From Gemmatimonadota bacterium (GTDB lineage: Bacteria; Gemmatimonadota; Gemmatimonadetes; Gemmatimonadales; GWC2-71-9), in NCBI GenBank assembly GCA_039586365.1, contig JBDHKN010000081.1, positions 1 to 20,377 of the forward strand: a DNA stretch of 20,377 nt, read 5' to 3'. The translations under genes were made by a program, and so were the position numbers. The number at the start of each line of letters is the position of its first letter. Positions within the stretch are counted from its first letter, which is position 1. Below are positions 16,611 to 20,377 of this stretch, in pieces. The notes below the pieces were generated by a model, which did not search any database, was not told the origin of the DNA, and saw nothing but the letters and a program-made list of their open reading frames with translations.

Positions 16611-17920
16611 GTGACTTTGCTGCGACCTTCCATGGTGCAGGATTACCGCCTGGTTCTCCTGCTGAACGTGCTTCTCGCAGCTTATGCTGCACCGGTTCCC
16701 CTGTGGGCCCAGCTCGTACGCGGTCAGGTGGTTGACTCGACCTCAGGTGTACCAGTAGGTACCGGCTTTGTTGTCTTGTTGGATCGAGCGAACCACGAAG
16801 TAGCTCGGGCGCTCAGCACCAGCGATGGCCGCTTCACGTTGCACGCCCCGAGTGGCGGTCTCTATCGGCTGCGGTCCGAGCGGATAGGGTATCACGCCCA
16901 CGAGTCTCCCTTGCTGCCCCTGCCGGCCGACACCACTGTCGTCTACACGCTCAAGGTGATTGCCTTCCCTGTCATGTTGGGTGCAGTCGAGGTACGCGGC
17001 GACGACGAGTGCCAGACAAACCCGGAACACGCCGCCGCGACGGCCGTCGTGTGGGAAGAGGTCCGCAAGGCGCTGGCTGCCACCGCGTGGGATGGGACTC
17101 AGCAACTGGTGAACTACCGCAGCTACAGCTACGAGCGTGACCTGTCCATCGACCTCAATCTGGTCAGCCGAGAGGAAGGACACATAGTCGCAGGCCCGGC
17201 GGTACAACCCTACGCCAGCCTACCGGCCGCTCAACTGGCCCGAGAGGGGTACGTCGCAACGCACCAGGACGGGGCAACGTCGTATTACCTGCCGGATGCC
17301 CGAGTGTTGCTGGACGAGGCTTTCCTCAGCACCCACTGCTTTCACGTAATACGCGACACTGTCCCGCAACCAGGACAGCTTGGGCTCGCATTCGAGCCGG
17401 TGTCGGACCGCGCTATCTCGGATGTCCGGGCGTGCTCTGGCTGGATGAGGCGACCTCCCAGCTGCTAACCTTGGAGGTCACCTTCACCAACCTGCCGGAG
17501 GGCGTCCAGGACCCCCGTGCGGGCGGCACGGTGGATTTCATGCAGCTTCCTTCGGGTGCGTGGATTGTGCAGCGGTGGCAAGTACGTACGCCCCACATCG
17601 AGCCACGGAGAGTAGTGGAGCAGTTCGTTACGATCGTGGTGATCTCAAAGCGGGGATTGGGCGCCGCTAGAATCGACGCCATCTACGACCGAGGGCGACG
17701 TTACCCGATCGGTGGTCCGAGTGGTATCCGTCTGGGAGACTCGGTTGCCACCTCCATACCGTGGCATCCCGGGGGGCTCGCCTTCCGGACCGTTGTGGGA
17801 GCGCGCGGGCGGGCCCGGACCTCCCGCGAGATATTCCTGGAGCCCGGACAGGTCTTCGTCGTCAAGTTCCCGGAATACTTCATGCCGGGAGGCCTGCTGT
17901 ACCGGTTCGAGCCGCAATGA
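16611..17920 (+). pseudogene. N-terminal half of the tandem paralog, with a 1-nt frameshift near 17430 and a foreign C-terminal domain
   Basis: 16611-17429 aligns with the N-terminus of the 13864 gene (YRLRSERIGY, VVWEEVRKALAATAWDGTQ, HCF, GLAFE). Homology continues in another frame at 17432 (VLWLDE..GAWIVQRWQVRTP). One G is missing in the run at 17428-17430; could be a sequencing error. Confidence 0.75.
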
Positions 17921-17957
17921 CGATGGGTCGAGTTCAAGCAGCCGACGGGTTGAGCTG

Positions 17958-19568
17958 ATGCAACTGCTCCCGACGCGCCTCACCGCCGCAGCGCTGTTGT
18001 CCGCAGCAGCTTGCTCCCAGCACGGTGCCCCGGGGGCGGCGACTGTCCCGCAGGACTCGTCTGACACGGCAACCGCCGGAGCGAGCGCCACGGGCGTCAT
18101 CACCGGGTTTACACACGTCGGTGGTGAGATCCTCGAGATCACGCTGAGCGATGGCACCAAGCTGTTTCCGGCCACTCTGGCCCAGCTCACCGGCACGGTC
18201 TACGACAGCACCAAAGCTGGGCCCGTTGCGGGAGTGCGGGTCGCGATTGCAGGCACCGACTTCTGGAGTGCGACTGACGACATTGGCGCGTTCCATCTCG
18301 CCGTGCCACTCGACGGCGAGTATGCGGTGTCGTTTTCCCACCCGTGGCTCGACTCCATTGGACTGGGTTCAGCCAATGAGCACGTGGGTCTCGCCCGCGG
18401 CAGCAGCAGCTCAGTGTCATTCGCTATCCCTTCGGTCGCGACCATGGTCGAGCGGCTCTGCGCCGATACCTTGAGCCGACCGGATCGCACAACGATCGTT
18501 GGCGTGGTGGCGGGGAAGGACGGCACCGCGGTTTCCAATGCGGCAGTGACGCTGTCGTGGCAGGAGATCGTCCCAGCCGACAGCGGATTCGAGCCGCGGG
18601 AGTTCCAGCGGTCGGCCGTCACTGACGAAGCCGGATCGTTCACCCTGTGTGATGTGCCCACCGGTCGTCCCATCTCCCTACGGGCTGAGCACGGCCGGGA
18701 AAACAGCGGGAGCGCCAGTCTCATCTTTCCGTGGACCGGCGCCGGAAGGTTGCTCCTGGCGTGGAACCGCGCACCCGGTCAGCCCTACTCGCTTTCCTAC
18801 GCCGCGCCGCACCCGATCTGGAAGCTGGACCTCCAACTCAACCAGGACGATAGCACCCAGCACCCCGACCAACCCAAGCTGCTGTCGGGCATAGTGGCAG
18901 ACCGCACAACGGGACAGGGCATCGACGCGGTGTCGGTAGTGCTGAACGAGCGGGACAGTACCACGACTCGTGACGACGGCACGTTCGACATCGTGAATGC
19001 GCACTGGGTTCCCGGTGGCAACGTCGTTTCGTTTCGCCGCATCGGCTATCGCCCTTGGACCCAGCAGTTGCAGCTCGCCGAGGACCGGTCGGAACTCGTC
19101 TTGAGCCCGCTGTTGCTGTCCACGGCATTTGCCCTGGATCCCGTGATTGTGGAGGCGGAACGAGCCAACCGAGTCGCCTATCTCGATGACGTGGGGTTCT
19201 TCCACCGCCAGCAACTCGGCTTCGGGCATCAGCTCGACCCCACGGAACTCGAGCGACGCCTGCCGGGCGCCAGCGACGTGCTCGATTTCCTGTATGGCAT
19301 ACCCAACGTCAGTGTCACTACGGACAGCGAGGGAGCCGGCTCGGTGGGAAACAAGCTGGTCGTGTTCTACACAGCAGGCGGTGTGTGCGTGCCGCGAGTG
19401 TACGTGGACGACATCGAGATCATCGACGGCGCGAGAGCGACGTCACTCGCGAGCCTCGTGCGGCCCGAGGACGTACTCGGGATCGAGGTCTATCGCCGTC
19501 TGGCGGAGACACCGATCAGGTTCGGGCGCGGCTGCGTATTGATCATCTGGACGCGGCGGGGGCGGTAG
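17958..19568 (+). CDS. C-terminal half of the paralog: lipoprotein signal, three Cna-B domains, TonB plug; no barrel
   Basis: ATG 17958 gives MQLLPTRLTAAALLSAAAC (Cys codon 18012). From 18096 it aligns with the 13864 gene (GGEILEIT, GTVYDS, HPWLDSI, CDVP.GR, WKLDL, CVLIIWTRRGR). The upstream extension from 17712 looks non-coding in this frame. Confidence 0.8.
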   Translation: MQLLPTRLTAAALLSAAACSQHGAPGAATVPQDSSDTATAGASATGVITGFTHVGGEILEITLSDGTKLFPATLAQLTGTVYDSTKAGPVAGVRVAIAGTDFWSATDDIGAFHLAVPLDGEYAVSFSHPWLDSIGLGSANEHVGLARGSSSSVSFAIPSVATMVERLCADTLSRPDRTTIVGVVAGKDGTAVSNAAVTLSWQEIVPADSGFEPREFQRSAVTDEAGSFTLCDVPTGRPISLRAEHGRENSGSASLIFPWTGAGRLLLAWNRAPGQPYSLSYAAPHPIWKLDLQLNQDDSTQHPDQPKLLSGIVADRTTGQGIDAVSVVLNERDSTTTRDDGTFDIVNAHWVPGGNVVSFRRIGYRPWTQQLQLAEDRSELVLSPLLLSTAFALDPVIVEAERANRVAYLDDVGFFHRQQLGFGHQLDPTELERRLPGASDVLDFLYGIPNVSVTTDSEGAGSVGNKLVVFYTAGGVCVPRVYVDDIEIIDGARATSLASLVRPEDVLGIEVYRRLAETPIRFGRGCVLIIWTRRGR

Positions 19569-19601
19569 GGGACCCCGGGCGGCACCCAACCCCGGGCTTC
19601 C
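19569..19601 (+). terminator. GC-rich hairpin between the stop codon and the IS left end
   Basis: GGGA-C-CCCGGG...CCCGGG-C-TTCC imperfect stem. Confidence 0.4.
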
Positions 19602-20377
19602 GAGACTGTGTGAAAACTCTCTGGATACTTGTATCATGTGGCCGTCAGGTTGGCTGACGGGAGCTTGATACTATGCACTACATAGAGGGTTCAGACCGAG
19701 ACCAGCAGGTGCTTTTCCCGGAGGTATTGGACGATTACGTGGGTGAGGATAACCCGGTGCGGTTCATCGACGCGTTTGTTGACTCGCTGGACTTGGAGGG
19801 GCTCGGGTTTCGCCACGCGCAGCTGGGGGAGATGGGGCGTCCTCCGTATGACCCGGGTGATCTGTTGCGGCTGTATGTGTACGGGTACCTGTACCGGATT
19901 CGTTCCAGTCGCAAGTTAGAGCAGGAGACGCATCGCAACGTGGAATTGATTCGGCGTGTGTGTCGAGAGTTTACAGTGTTGTGTAAGCGGCTGGATTTGT
20001 TTGCGGGTGAGCTGGTAGCGATTGATGGCAGCAAGATTCGGGCTGCAAACAGCAAGCAGCGCAATTTCAGTCGTACTGATCTAATGCGTCTTATTCGACG
20101 GATTGATCGCAGGATAGCGGAGTATTTGGGCGCGCTGGACGAGGGGGACGAATCAGAGGGAGGTGTTTCGGGGCACCGGTGTGCGGATTTGCGGCAGCGA
20201 ATCGAGGGGTTACAGAGCCAGCGTGCTGAGTATCAGGGTTTTTTGCAGGGGCTTGAGGATAGTGGTGAGCAGCAGGTGTCTCTTACGGATCCTGACAGTC
20301 GGCGGATGAAGAGTGGGATGCGGACGGAAGTGAGCTACAATGTGCAAGCGGCGGTGGAGGCGAAGCACAAGTTGATT
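19602..20377 (+). mobile_element. IS1182-family insertion sequence, left part
   Basis: Left end GAGACTGTGTGAAAA, shift to G/T-rich lower-GC composition, transposase ORF. Right end is outside the window, so the exact boundary is unconfirmed. Confidence 0.88.
19673..20377 (+). CDS. IS1182-family transposase, partial, with apparent in-frame internal deletion
   Basis: Not in the ORF track. Hand translation: MHYIEGSDRDQQVLFP..DNPVRFIDAFV..GRPPYDP..LYVYGY..SSRKLE..VAIDGSK..SLTDPDSR.M..YNVQ; open to the window end; GGGAG SD. Confidence 0.93.
   Translation, partial: MHYIEGSDRDQQVLFPEVLDDYVGEDNPVRFIDAFVDSLDLEGLGFRHAQLGEMGRPPYDPGDLLRLYVYGYLYRIRSSRKLEQETHRNVELIRRVCREFTVLCKRLDLFAGELVAIDGSKIRAANSKQRNFSRTDLMRLIRRIDRRIAEYLGALDEGDESEGGVSGHRCADLRQRIEGLQSQRAEYQGFLQGLEDSGEQQVSLTDPDSRRMKSGMRTEVSYNVQAAVEAKHKLI

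Noticed and set aside
16674..16688. CTCGCAGCTTATGC resembling an attC right arm
   Set aside because: Lies inside a signal-peptide coding stretch with no matching left arm or GTTRRRY core.
17712..17957. N-terminal extension of the 618-aa ORF
   Set aside because: Ser/Pro/Arg-rich off-frame-looking text overlapping a more protein-like frame; ATG 17958 starts a clear signal peptide.
1..20377. CRISPR array, tRNA, rRNA, integron integrase
   Set aside because: No regularly spaced repeats, cloverleaf, rRNA-like sequence or tyrosine-recombinase motifs seen by eye.

Overview
GC-rich (roughly 60-65% by eye) bacterial accessory region dominated by secreted and lipoprotein genes. The gene families suggest Gemmatimonadota (inference, not tested). 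Left half, minus strand: a partial beta-propeller lipoprotein, a single-domain response regulator with a coupled 87-aa ORF, and a four-gene run of lipoprotein serpin, Cys-rich lipoprotein, PDZ/S41 peptidase and a Cna-B/carboxypeptidase-regulatory + TonB-plug protein with no beta-barrel. Middle: co-oriented small unrelated genes (PaaI thioesterase, membrane protein, SAM methyltransferase, lipoprotein, DinB fragment, NTF2-like protein, NAD(P)-binding epimerase), an inverted higBA module with a clear leaderless promoter and double operator, a lipoprotein behind a perfect CRP box, and a small outer-membrane barrel. Right: two tandem paralogous large secreted proteins that also end in a barrel-less TonB plug. 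The second has a frameshift and is split by an insert that gives its C-terminal half a new lipoprotein signal. The window ends in an IS1182-family element with an in-frame internal deletion. Best novelty candidates: the barrel-less TonB-box/plug family (3 copies), its linkage to an S41 protease and a serpin, a shared ECF-like promoter motif, and the gene-fission junction.
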